A DNA stretch of 64,000 nucleotides from Acidimicrobiia bacterium (GTDB lineage: Bacteria; Actinomycetota; Acidimicrobiia; Spongiisociales; ZC4RG35), in assembly GCA_036525795.1 (NCBI GenBank), contig DATCZS010000043.1, forward strand, positions 5,402 through 69,401, written 5' to 3'. Below are positions 18,767 through 26,884 of the stretch, piece after piece (positions within the stretch are counted from its first letter, which is position 1; each line of letters opens with the position of its first letter). Under the pieces are notes generated by a model. It worked only from the letters and a program-made list of their open reading frames with translations, had not been told where the DNA came from and ran no database searches. The position numbers and the translations under genes were made by a program.

Positions 18767-20263
18767 ATGAGCCGGATCTCACACTGGATCGACGGAAGAC
18801 GATGGACGGGCGAGGCCGAACGCACCGGCAACGTCTACGACCCGGCGACAGGCTCGGTGCAGGCGACCGTGGACTTCGCGACTCCAGGCGTGGTCGACGC
18901 AGCCGTCGCAGCCGCCGCCGAGGCCTTCCGGACGTGGGGCGAGACCCCGGTCACGCGCCGCCAGCGAATCATGTTCGCCTACCGGGAATTGATGGAGTCC
19001 CACAAGGGTGACCTCGCCAAGATCATCACTGCAGAGCACGGAAAGACGCTCGACGACGCCGCCGGAGAAGTCCAGCGCGGTCTCGAGGTGGTGGAGTTCG
19101 CCTGCGGGATCCCCCACCTGTTGAAGGGCGAGTTCTCCGAACAGGTGTCGGGCGGGGTGGATACCTACACCATCCGCCAACCCCTGGGGGTGGTCGCCGG
19201 TATCACGCCTTTCAACTTCCCGGCGATGGTCCCGATGTGGATGTACCCGATGGCGATCGCGTGCGGGAACACCTTCGTGCTCAAGCCGTCGGAGAAGGAC
19301 CCGTCGGCCTCCATGTTCATGGCCGAGCTGCTCGTCGAGGCGGGCCTCCCCGACGGCGTGTTCAACGTGGTCCACGGCGACAAGATCGCAGTGGACTCGA
19401 TCCTGACCCACCCCGGTGTCGCCGCCGTCTCGTTCGTCGGCTCGACGCCGATCGCCCGATACATCTACGAGACAGGCACCAGGCACGGCAAGCGCATCCA
19501 GGCGCTGGGAGGGGCCAAGAACCACATGGTGGTGCTCCCGGACGCCGACATGGATCTGGCGGCCGATGCGGCGGTGTCGGCCGGGTACGGCTCGGCGGGC
19601 GAGCGATGCATGGCGATCTCGGTGGTCGTGGCCGTGGGCAACGCCGCCGACCGGCTGATCCCGGCGGTACGCGAGCGCATCGGCCGGCTCACGGTGGGCC
19701 CCGGCAGCCAGGCGGGTGCCGAGATGGGGCCTCTGGTGACCGCCGAACACCGGGACCGGGTGGTCGGATTCATCGACACCGGCCAGGAGGAGGGGGCCGA
19801 ACTCGTCACCGACGGCCGGGGCCTGGTCGTGGCCGGCCACGAGGGCGGGTTCTTCGTCGGACCCACCCTGTTCGACAGGGTCACGCCGGAGATGGAGATC
19901 TACCGCAACGAGATCTTCGGGCCTGTCCTGTCGGTGGTTCGCGTGGATCGCTACGAAGACGCGATCGAGATGATCAACACCAACCCATACGGCAACGGAA
20001 CCGCAGTATTCACCAACGACGGCGGGGCGGCCCGCAAGTTCCAGAACGAGATCCAGGTGGGCATGGTCGGGATCAACGTCCCGATTCCCGTCCCGCTCTC
20101 GTTCTACAGCTTCGGGGGTTGGAAGGAGTCGATCTTTGGCTCGCATGCCATCTACGGACCGGACGGCATCCACTTCTACTCACGGCAGAAGGTCGTGATC
20201 AGCCGCTGGCCCGATCCGATCCACCGCGGCGTCGATCTCGGCTTCCCCCAGCACGGCGAGTAG
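18767..20263 (+). CDS. mmsA: Methylmalonate-semialdehyde dehydrogenase (CoA-acylating)
   Basis: ISHWIDGR..., GITPFNFPAMVPMWMYPMAIACGNTFVLKPSEKDP, catalytic Cys in GSAGERCMAISV. Strong SD GAGGGAGGAAGAGGG. Confidence 0.9.
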   Translation: MSRISHWIDGRRWTGEAERTGNVYDPATGSVQATVDFATPGVVDAAVAAAAEAFRTWGETPVTRRQRIMFAYRELMESHKGDLAKIITAEHGKTLDDAAGEVQRGLEVVEFACGIPHLLKGEFSEQVSGGVDTYTIRQPLGVVAGITPFNFPAMVPMWMYPMAIACGNTFVLKPSEKDPSASMFMAELLVEAGLPDGVFNVVHGDKIAVDSILTHPGVAAVSFVGSTPIARYIYETGTRHGKRIQALGGAKNHMVVLPDADMDLAADAAVSAGYGSAGERCMAISVVVAVGNAADRLIPAVRERIGRLTVGPGSQAGAEMGPLVTAEHRDRVVGFIDTGQEEGAELVTDGRGLVVAGHEGGFFVGPTLFDRVTPEMEIYRNEIFGPVLSVVRVDRYEDAIEMINTNPYGNGTAVFTNDGGAARKFQNEIQVGMVGINVPIPVPLSFYSFGGWKESIFGSHAIYGPDGIHFYSRQKVVISRWPDPIHRGVDLGFPQHGE

Positions 20264-20282
20264 CGGGGCCGCGGCAAGTCAC

Positions 20283-20397
20283 GTGAGACGTGCGACGTGA
20301 GACGTGCGACGTGAGACGTGAGACGTGAGACGTGAGACGTGAGACGTGCGACGTGCGACGTGCGACGTGCGACGTGCGACGTGCGACGTGCGACGTG
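20283..20397. repeat. Tandem heptanucleotide array (GTGMGAC) x16 plus partial unit
   Basis: Direct reading gives 16 head-to-tail 7-nt units, GTGAGAC (A) or GTGCGAC (C), in order ACACAAAAACCCCCCC, then GTG. The array fills the convergent mmsA / B12-subunit spacer. Confidence 0.95.
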
Positions 20398-20404
20398 GGG
20401 CCTG

Positions 20405-20797
20405 TCAGCGTTCCTCGACGTGGTGTTTCACCCAGGCGGTGATCTCGGACAACGACGCCCCGGGGGTGAAGATCTTGGCGAGCCCGGCGTCTTCCAGAGA
20501 GGGGATGTCAGACTCGGGGATGACCCCTCCGCCGAACACCACGATGTCGGTGGCGTCCCGGGCGACGAGGGCGTCGACCACCCTGGGAAACAGCGTCATG
20601 TGCGCTCCCGACAACGAGGACAGCCCGATGGCGGCCACGTCCTCCTGAAGGGCGGTCTCCACGATCTGTTCCGGGGTCTGGTGCAGACCCGAGTAGATGA
20701 CCTCGTACCCGGCGTCGCGCAGCGCCCTGGCGACCACCTTGGCACCGCGGTCATGACCGTCGAGGCCGGGCTTGGCGATGAGGATCCGGCGAGGCAC
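20405..20797 (-). CDS. Cobalamin-binding domain protein (methylmalonyl-CoA-mutase-type small subunit)
   Basis: [33 protein letters not shown] with the DxHxxG B12 motif. GTG 20797 lies 10 nt after the upstream gene's TAA. The ATG 20881 alternative would overlap that gene by 74 nt. Confidence 0.8.
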   Translation of the reverse strand: MPRRILIAKPGLDGHDRGAKVVARALRDAGYEVIYSGLHQTPEQIVETALQEDVAAIGLSSLSGAHMTLFPRVVDALVARDATDIVVFGGGVIPESDIPSLEDAGLAKIFTPGASLSEITAWVKHHVEER

Positions 20798-20807
20798 GCA
20801 GCAGAGG

Positions 20808-21209
20808 TTACCGGCCGTAGTACGCCTGCATCTCGTCGCGGAGATGCTCCGGACCGAATCCCCCGCCGGTGTCCCGGCCACGCCGGAACGGCAGGCGCCC
20901 GACGACTCCGCCGACCAGGCCGGTGGCGCCCAGACCGATCAGCACGACCGGCCAGGACGGCGCCCCCGCAGGCAACCGGCGGTCCGCCATGAACGCCTCC
21001 GCCTCGGCGAGGGGGCCCTCGAACACGACGTCGACCGACGCGGTCATCTGATCGACCTCGAGGACCGCGGCCGTGCCGTCCGGCCTCGATTCGAGGTACC
21101 CGGAGAATTCGGGAGCAGCCCGGTTGGACTCCCGGAACACCACACCGGCCATCACCAGGGCGACCCCCAACAGCACGAGCCCGATGCGCAACGGCAGCGA
21201 CAGGGTCAT
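20808..21209 (-). CDS. Hypothetical membrane protein (2 TM)
   Basis: [25 protein letters not shown]... and [19 protein letters not shown]. No family recognised. Immediately upstream of the B12-subunit gene. Confidence 0.5.
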   Translation of the reverse strand: MTLSLPLRIGLVLLGVALVMAGVVFRESNRAAPEFSGYLESRPDGTAAVLEVDQMTASVDVVFEGPLAEAEAFMADRRLPAGAPSWPVVLIGLGATGLVGGVVGRLPFRRGRDTGGGFGPEHLRDEMQAYYGR

Positions 21210-21306
21210 GGCGCACCCACCATCTGGTGGTACCCGGTGCGGCGATAGGGCCCAAAGAGAGATTCGGGTCGCGGCCCCGACGTGCGTCCGGACGTATCAT
21301 CCGGCC

Positions 21307-23361
21307 ATGGCGCCCTCCACCGTGCTCGGAACCTGCCACCACGACTGCCCGGACAGCTGCGGATGGGTGGCCACGGTGGAGAACGGCACGGCAGTGAAGC
21401 TGCGCGGGAATCCCGAACACCCGTACTCGCGCGGAGAGCTGTGCCCGAAGGTGAACAGGTTCCTCGACCGCGTGTACAGCCCGGACCGCCTGCGGCATCC
21501 CCTGATCCGGAGCGGCCAGAAGGGCTCGGCCGCCTTCCGGCAGGCGACCTGGGGCGAGGCGCTGGCTCTGGTTGCCTCCCGAGTCCATGCCGCGGTCGAC
21601 CGGCATGGAGGCGAGACGGTGCTGCCCTGGTGGGACGCGGGGACCCAGGGCCTGCTCCAGCTCTCGTCCCTCGACCAGCGTCTCTTCGCCCGACTGGGTT
21701 CGTCGCGTCTCGTCGGCTCGCTGTGCGGCGGGACCGCGGCGGCCGGGGTGGAGGCGACGTACGGCACGCCGAAGGCGGCGGACGCGCTGAACGCCCGCCA
21801 TGCCGACCTCGTGCTCCTGTGGGGCACCAACACCCGCCTCACCAACCGGCATCTGTGGCCCTACATCGAGGAGGCCAGACAGCGAGGGGCCGAGGTGGTG
21901 GTCATCGACCCGATTCGCACCATCACCGCCGACAGCGCCGACCGGTTCATCCAGCCGGTTCCCGGAACCGACGTCGCGCTCATGCTGGCGATGATGCACG
22001 TGCTCATCCGCGACGACCTGATCGACCACGACTACGTGGCACGACATTCCGTCGGGTTCGAGCGGCTGGCAGCGCACGTCGCCGGGTGGACACCGGCACG
22101 TGCGGAAGAGATCTGCGGCGTCCCGGCAGCCGAGATCGAGCGGCTGGCCACTTCGTACGGCTCGACCAGGGGCGCCTTCATCCGAACCTTGATCGGACCG
22201 GAGCACCACGAGAACGGCGCGATGTTCTTCCGGACGATCGCCTGTCTTCCGGTCCTGACCGGAGCCTGGCGACATCGGGGCGGCGGCCTGGCGCGAAGCG
22301 TCGGAAGCTGGATCGACGTCAACGTCGACGAGAGCACCTTTGCCGCCCCCCATCTCGAGCCGGATGGCACGCGGCGGGAGATCAACATGAACCACCTGGG
22401 CCGCGCACTGACCGATGCGACGCTCGATCCGCCCGTCACGGTTCTGTTCGTGTGGAACGGAAACCCCCTCGTCACGGTGCCCGGTGCGCATCTGACCCGG
22501 CGGGGTCTCCAGCGCGACGACCTGTTCACCGTGGTGTCCGAGCAGTTCATGACGGACACGGCTCGATTCGCCGACGTGATCTTCCCCGCGACCACCCAAC
22601 TCGAGCACACCGACGTGGTCCCCGCCTGGGGGCACCTCTACCTGGGTTGGAACGAACAGGCGATCGAGCCGATCGGCGAGTCGGTCCCGAACACCGAGCT
22701 GTGGCGCCGGCTGGCGGGGGCCCTGGGGTTTGCCGAACCGGAGTTGTTCGAATCCGACCAGGCCCTGATCGAGGCGGCGCTCCGCGGAGTGGACCTCGAC
22801 GAGTTGCGCTCCACCGGGTTCGTGCGCCTCGATGTCGACCAGGATCTCAACCCCTATCGCGACGGCGGGTTCTCCACGCCTTCGGGGAGGGCGGAGCTGT
22901 TCAGCGAGCGTCTGGCCGAACGCGGCCTTCCGGGGCTGCCGACCTTCCGCGCTCCCGCCGAAGGGCCCGGGGGCCGGGCCGAAACGGCCGGCCGGTTTCC
23001 TCTCACTCTGCTCACCCCCAAGCACCACTCGCGGTTCCTCAACTCCTCCTATACCCATCTCCCCGGGCACGGCCCCCGTGAGGGCGGGCCGTTCGTGGAA
23101 CTCGACCCGGCCGACGCCGCCGATCGAGGCATCACGGAGGGCGACAGTGCGCGGGTGTGGAACGATCGCGCATCGGTCACGGTTCCGGTCCGGCTGAGCG
23201 GGCGCCTCCGGCCCGGAGTCGCCGCCGTGCCGTTCGGATGGTGGCAGTCCGACTTCGGAGGCGAGACGACCGTCAATGCGCTGACCAGCGACACCCCGAC
23301 AGATTGGGGCGGAGGCGTGGCCTACTCCGACACGCGGGTCGAGGTGGAGAAGGTGGACTGA
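21307..23361 (+). CDS. Molybdopterin-dependent oxidoreductase (MopB/DMSO-reductase superfamily), cytoplasmic
   Basis: MAPSTVLGTCHHDCPDSCGW...ELCPK N-terminal Fe-S Cys cluster. No Tat signal. C-terminal molybdopterin-binding barrel (FVELDPADAADRGI..GD.ARVWN). 684 aa. Confidence 0.85.
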   Translation: MAPSTVLGTCHHDCPDSCGWVATVENGTAVKLRGNPEHPYSRGELCPKVNRFLDRVYSPDRLRHPLIRSGQKGSAAFRQATWGEALALVASRVHAAVDRHGGETVLPWWDAGTQGLLQLSSLDQRLFARLGSSRLVGSLCGGTAAAGVEATYGTPKAADALNARHADLVLLWGTNTRLTNRHLWPYIEEARQRGAEVVVIDPIRTITADSADRFIQPVPGTDVALMLAMMHVLIRDDLIDHDYVARHSVGFERLAAHVAGWTPARAEEICGVPAAEIERLATSYGSTRGAFIRTLIGPEHHENGAMFFRTIACLPVLTGAWRHRGGGLARSVGSWIDVNVDESTFAAPHLEPDGTRREINMNHLGRALTDATLDPPVTVLFVWNGNPLVTVPGAHLTRRGLQRDDLFTVVSEQFMTDTARFADVIFPATTQLEHTDVVPAWGHLYLGWNEQAIEPIGESVPNTELWRRLAGALGFAEPELFESDQALIEAALRGVDLDELRSTGFVRLDVDQDLNPYRDGGFSTPSGRAELFSERLAERGLPGLPTFRAPAEGPGGRAETAGRFPLTLLTPKHHSRFLNSSYTHLPGHGPREGGPFVELDPADAADRGITEGDSARVWNDRASVTVPVRLSGRLRPGVAAVPFGWWQSDFGGETTVNALTSDTPTDWGGGVAYSDTRVEVEKVD

Positions 23362-23382
23362 CGGCGGAGCCCGCCGTCGCGC

Positions 23383-23418
23383 GAGGTGAGGGCCCCGGTT
23401 CCCCGGGGCCCTCACCTC
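23383..23418. terminator. Bidirectional GC-rich hairpin between convergent genes
   Basis: GAGGTGAGGGCCCCGG-ttcc-CCGGGGCCCTCACCTC, a perfect 16-bp stem. It lies 21 nt after the + gene stop and 14 nt after the - gene stop. No U-tract. Confidence 0.55.
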
Positions 23419-23432
23419 TGGGCGGCGATCTC

Positions 23433-24257
23433 CTAGTTGGTGTCCTGCTCGCCCCGGATCACGGCCTTCACCCCGTCGACACCCGAGGCGGCAACGTCGC
23501 GAACCGCGTGGACCGCAGACTCGCCGATCGCCTCTGCGGCCTCGAGTGCGCCTGTGGCTGCGGCCGAGGCGGCATCTTCGACCGAAAGCCCGACTTCCTT
23601 GGCGCCGGTGATGGCGCCTGCGATGGCGCCGCTCGTGACGCCGACGATGTCACCACCCACCTCGCCGGCCCCCTGGACGAGGCCGCGGGCGGTGAACTTG
23701 ATGGCCTCGAGCACGTCGCCACCGATCTGTGCCGCACCGCTGGCGGCACCGGACACGGTGCTGGCAGCCGTCCCGATCAGGTCGCTGCCCAGATCCTTGG
23801 CGCCGGAGATCATGGAACGCCCCAGGGCGACAGCGCCCTCGGCCAGGCCGATGCCGGTGGACTTGGTGGCAGTGATGAGGCCCTCGGCCATGGCGCCGGC
23901 GGTCTGTGTCAGGTCGGCTCCGATCGAGCCGGTTCCCTTCACCGCCGCCCGGATCACGTCCGAAATCGTTCCGACCGTCACGGTCGCCACCTCGCCGACT
24001 CCCTCGAGGACTCCCACGACGACGCCCTTGACGGTGCGCACCAGTCCGGTTCCCGCCTCGGACACCGCCGAGAAGGCTCCACCGACGACCTCGCCGACCG
24101 TACCCGTCAAGGCGGTTCCCACGTCGCCCACGTTGCGAAGCCCGGTGACCACCGCGTCACGGACCACGTCTGCGGCGCCCTGCACGATGCTCCCCGTTCC
24201 CTTCAGCAAACCGATCACGCTCTGCTTCACCCGTCCCGCTGCGCTCTGGTCGTTCAT
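23433..24257 (-). CDS. Hendecad-repeat protein (24 contiguous 11-residue repeats), function unknown
   Basis: Strong SD GAAGGAGGG. 274 aa rich in G/A/V/T. Perfect 11-aa register from V10 to the C-terminus. High GC3 on this strand. Followed by a hairpin. Confidence 0.7.
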   Translation of the reverse strand: MNDQSAAGRVKQSVIGLLKGTGSIVQGAADVVRDAVVTGLRNVGDVGTALTGTVGEVVGGAFSAVSEAGTGLVRTVKGVVVGVLEGVGEVATVTVGTISDVIRAAVKGTGSIGADLTQTAGAMAEGLITATKSTGIGLAEGAVALGRSMISGAKDLGSDLIGTAASTVSGAASGAAQIGGDVLEAIKFTARGLVQGAGEVGGDIVGVTSGAIAGAITGAKEVGLSVEDAASAAATGALEAAEAIGESAVHAVRDVAASGVDGVKAVIRGEQDTN

Positions 24258-24390
24258 TCCGCTCGCCCTCCTTCGACGATCCGGCCGCCTCGATGCGACC
24301 TGATCAGATCATCGGCGACGGCCCGGGCGGCGTCCATGACAGACGAACGGGCAACACCGACGTCCGGCGGGCAGCCGGCTGCCGCGGTCA

Positions 24391-24406
24391 TGGCAGGGTC
24401 CTGCCA
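24391..24406. promoter_or_regulatory. 7-2-7 inverted repeat TGGCAGG-gt-CCTGCCA (candidate NarL/LuxR-type operator)
   Basis: Perfect inverted heptamers with a 2-nt spacer in the divergent spacer, centred about 50 nt upstream of ATG 24449. Function not demonstrated. Confidence 0.25.
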
Positions 24407-24448
24407 GGCCCCGGGGGCACCCGGCTGCGTCGCTAGCCTGGCTGCGCC

Positions 24449-25069
24449 ATGCCGACGAAGGTTGCGACCGTGGGAGGGACCCCGACCTGGCGTCGCGGGA
24501 TGACCGCGGTGCTGGCCGAGGCCGGTTACGCCACCGCCGAGTGCGAGTCGATCCTCGAATGGCGACCGGGGCGGGGGGGCACTGCGATCGTGATGTTGAC
24601 CACCGGACCGGAGGAGCGTCAGGCGATCACCGATTTCGTGGCAGACTTCCCCCACATCCCGCTCGTGGCCGTGATCCCCCAGCTCGACGTCGCGTCGTTC
24701 GCCGAGGCGATCCGGGCAGGTGCAGCCGGCGCCGTCGACGAGGCGGAGGACACCGAGGTGTTCGCCAGATCGATCGAAGCCGCCATCGGCGGGCGGGTCG
24801 AGGCTGCGCATCAACTGGTGGCGGCGATGGCCAGCCGAATTCCTTCATCTCCTGATCCGGAGGCATGGATCACCGGGGATGAGGCGGAATGGCTTCGGGC
24901 GCTGGCCGACGGTGCCACGGTGGCCACCCTCGCCGAGCGGATCGGTTACTCCGAGCGCGAGACGTTTCGGATGCTGGGAGAGCTGTACGCCAAGGTCGGC
25001 GTGAGGAACCGGACGGAGGCCATCATCTGGGCCACTCGGCACGGCGTCTTGGATGCCACCTCGACATGA
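24449..25069 (+). CDS. LuxR/NarL-family transcriptional regulator with degenerate (pseudo-)receiver domain
   Basis: C-terminal HTH TVATLAERIGYSERETFRMLGELYAKVGVRNRTEAIIWA. The N-terminal receiver-like fold lacks the acidic pocket (VATVGG instead of DD) and the phospho-Asp (IVMLTTG). Confidence 0.7.
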   Translation: MPTKVATVGGTPTWRRGMTAVLAEAGYATAECESILEWRPGRGGTAIVMLTTGPEERQAITDFVADFPHIPLVAVIPQLDVASFAEAIRAGAAGAVDEAEDTEVFARSIEAAIGGRVEAAHQLVAAMASRIPSSPDPEAWITGDEAEWLRALADGATVATLAERIGYSERETFRMLGELYAKVGVRNRTEAIIWATRHGVLDATST

Positions 25070-25108
25070 CCCACGCGACCTCATTCCCACCCGGAGGCCG
25101 GCATTGAC

Positions 25109-25921
25109 ATGAACGCCGCTGCCCGACCCTCCGAGTTCTCCGCCAGACGGATGCCTGCGATCTTCCTGAGCCACGGGGCACCTCCCCTGGCCGACGACCC
25201 CGTGTGGACACGCCAGCTCGCCGACTGGTCGGCCGCACTCCCGCGGCCCAGCTCGATACTGATCGTGTCCGCTCACTGGGAGGCGGATCCACTGACACTC
25301 GGGGCCACCACCACCGTCCCCCTGTCATACGACTTCTGGGGCTTCCCGGACCGCTTCTACGAGGTGACGTACCCGGCGCCCGGCGCTCCGCAGCTGGCGC
25401 GGGCGGTTCGAACTCTCCTCGACGGCCCCTCCGGCCCGGTTCACGACGATCCGCACCGCGGGCTCGATCACGGCGCCTACGTCCCGCTGGTGGAGATGTA
25501 TCCGGAAGCCGACGTGCCGGTGCTGCAGGTCTCGATGCCCACGCTCGACCCGGCGACACTGCTCGACGTCGGGCGCCGCCTGGCTCCCCTTCGCGATCAG
25601 GGGGTTCTGATCGTCGGGAGCGGCTTCAGCACCCACAATCTGGCCGAGATGCGTTGGGGTGACGGGCCTTCTGCATCGGCACCGCACTGGTCGGCCGAGT
25701 TCGACCACTGGCTGGCCGAGCGCATGGCGAGCGGAGACGTCGACGGCCTGATCGACTTCGAGCGCCGGGCCCCGGCAGCGGGAATCGCCCATCCCAGGAC
25801 CGAACACTTCGCCCCGCTCTTCGTCGCGCTCGGCGCGAGCCTCGACCGGGGAGAGACGGGCGACACCGTCGTAGACGGCTTCTGGTTCGGCCTCTCGAAG
25901 CGGTCTGTTCAGTTCGGCTGA
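25109..25921 (+). CDS. Class III extradiol dioxygenase (LigB/YgiD, 4,5-DOPA-dioxygenase-like)
   Basis: MPAIFLSHGAPP, ILIVSAHWE, LDHGAYVPL, IVGSGFSTHN. 270 aa. Confidence 0.8.
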   Translation: MNAAARPSEFSARRMPAIFLSHGAPPLADDPVWTRQLADWSAALPRPSSILIVSAHWEADPLTLGATTTVPLSYDFWGFPDRFYEVTYPAPGAPQLARAVRTLLDGPSGPVHDDPHRGLDHGAYVPLVEMYPEADVPVLQVSMPTLDPATLLDVGRRLAPLRDQGVLIVGSGFSTHNLAEMRWGDGPSASAPHWSAEFDHWLAERMASGDVDGLIDFERRAPAAGIAHPRTEHFAPLFVALGASLDRGETGDTVVDGFWFGLSKRSVQFG

Positions 25922-26072
25922 CACAGAGGCGCCGGTCGCAACGCGTCCACCGGGAGGCTCTCCGGTCGACCGCGGCCCGCGTGTGCGACCGGGGTCTGCA
26001 CACGATGTCCGGGTCTCGAGCCGTCCGACACGCCGGCTGCCGGCCGGGTACCTTTACCCGCGGAGGTGAGGC

Positions 26073-26258
26073 ATGAGAGGCAGACCTTTTGCAGGCGTGA
26101 TCGGGGGATTGCTCTTCGGGATCGGCATGACGCTCGTACTCCAACAGGCGGGCGTCTATCCCCTCAAGGCGGCGTCGGTGTTCGGACTCCCACTTCTCGG
26201 CATCGTCGCCGGGTTGATCCTGGCGGCCCGGGCTCCGTTCGGGGGGAAGGAGTCATGA
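26073..26258 (+). CDS. Small membrane protein (2 TM, 61 aa)
   Basis: SD GGAGGTGAGG 2 nt before the ATG. FAGVIGGLLFGIGMTLVL and FGLPLLGIVAGLILAA. The stop overlaps the next start (ATGA). Confidence 0.5.
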   Translation: MRGRPFAGVIGGLLFGIGMTLVLQQAGVYPLKAASVFGLPLLGIVAGLILAARAPFGGKES

Positions 26259-26836
26259 GGCGAGCGCTCCACCTGACGGCGTTCATCGCCATCGCCACCC
26301 TGGCGCCGGCCCTCCCGGCGACGGCCGGCTTCCTCAACGGTGACTGCACTGCGACCTCGGTCTCGGGCACCTCATATCGCGAGGACGGATCCCAGCTCGA
26401 CAGCAAGAACGTCGCCACCGCGACCGAGTCCGACCCCTTCTCGATCGACCCCTCGGGCTCGGTGGAATGGGATGCCCGGTCGGACGCGCCGATCAAGGAC
26501 CACACGTGGGCGATCGGACTGGTGATCGCCGGATTCGAAGTCCAGTTCTACTCGGGCGGCGACCCCAACACAGCCGGAACCCAGGAGAGCACCGGCCGGG
26601 TGTCGATCTCCGAACGTCTCGCGGAGATCCAGCTCACCCAGATGGAGTGGGTGCTCGACCAGTTGAACGGAAAGTTCGAGGCGTGGGGCCGCATCGACGG
26701 CGACGGAGCCGGGTGCGACGGACGCGCCTGGGTCGAGATCGACGGGGGGTTCGGAGTGATCGGGCTGACCGGGGCGGCCTTGGCGCTGGCCGGCGGCGGG
26801 CTGATACTTCGAGCCGGATCAAAGAAGGGGACGTGA
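26255..26836 (+). CDS. Secreted protein with signal peptide and C-terminal TM anchor/sorting-like tail
   Basis: MRRALHLTAFIAIATLAPALPATAG signal. Mature domain has 2 Cys. C-terminus DGGFGVIGLTGAALALAGGGLILRAGSKKGT. Confidence 0.55.
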   Translation: MRRALHLTAFIAIATLAPALPATAGFLNGDCTATSVSGTSYREDGSQLDSKNVATATESDPFSIDPSGSVEWDARSDAPIKDHTWAIGLVIAGFEVQFYSGGDPNTAGTQESTGRVSISERLAEIQLTQMEWVLDQLNGKFEAWGRIDGDGAGCDGRAWVEIDGGFGVIGLTGAALALAGGGLILRAGSKKGT

Positions 26837-26884
26837 CACCGGAGAGGAGGGGCCCCGCGTCCGGTCCTCTTCCAGGATGACCCC

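Noticed and set aside
20283-20397. Considered whether the heptamer arrays could be CRISPR-like or minisatellite-encoded RNA.
   Set aside because: The repeats are contiguous with no spacers, the unit is only 7 nt, and there are no cas genes. This is not a CRISPR array.
20339-20992. ORFs reading through the heptamer arrays, giving RRATCDV-type peptide repeats: 20339..20992, 20346..20648, 43666..43956, the first 34 codons of 43673..44740 and the first 44 codons of 42858..43712.
   Set aside because: A 7-nt unit is out of phase with codons. The downstream parts are antisense to, or merely extend, real genes that have better internal starts (deoD ATG 43580 with SD; HAD ATG 43775).
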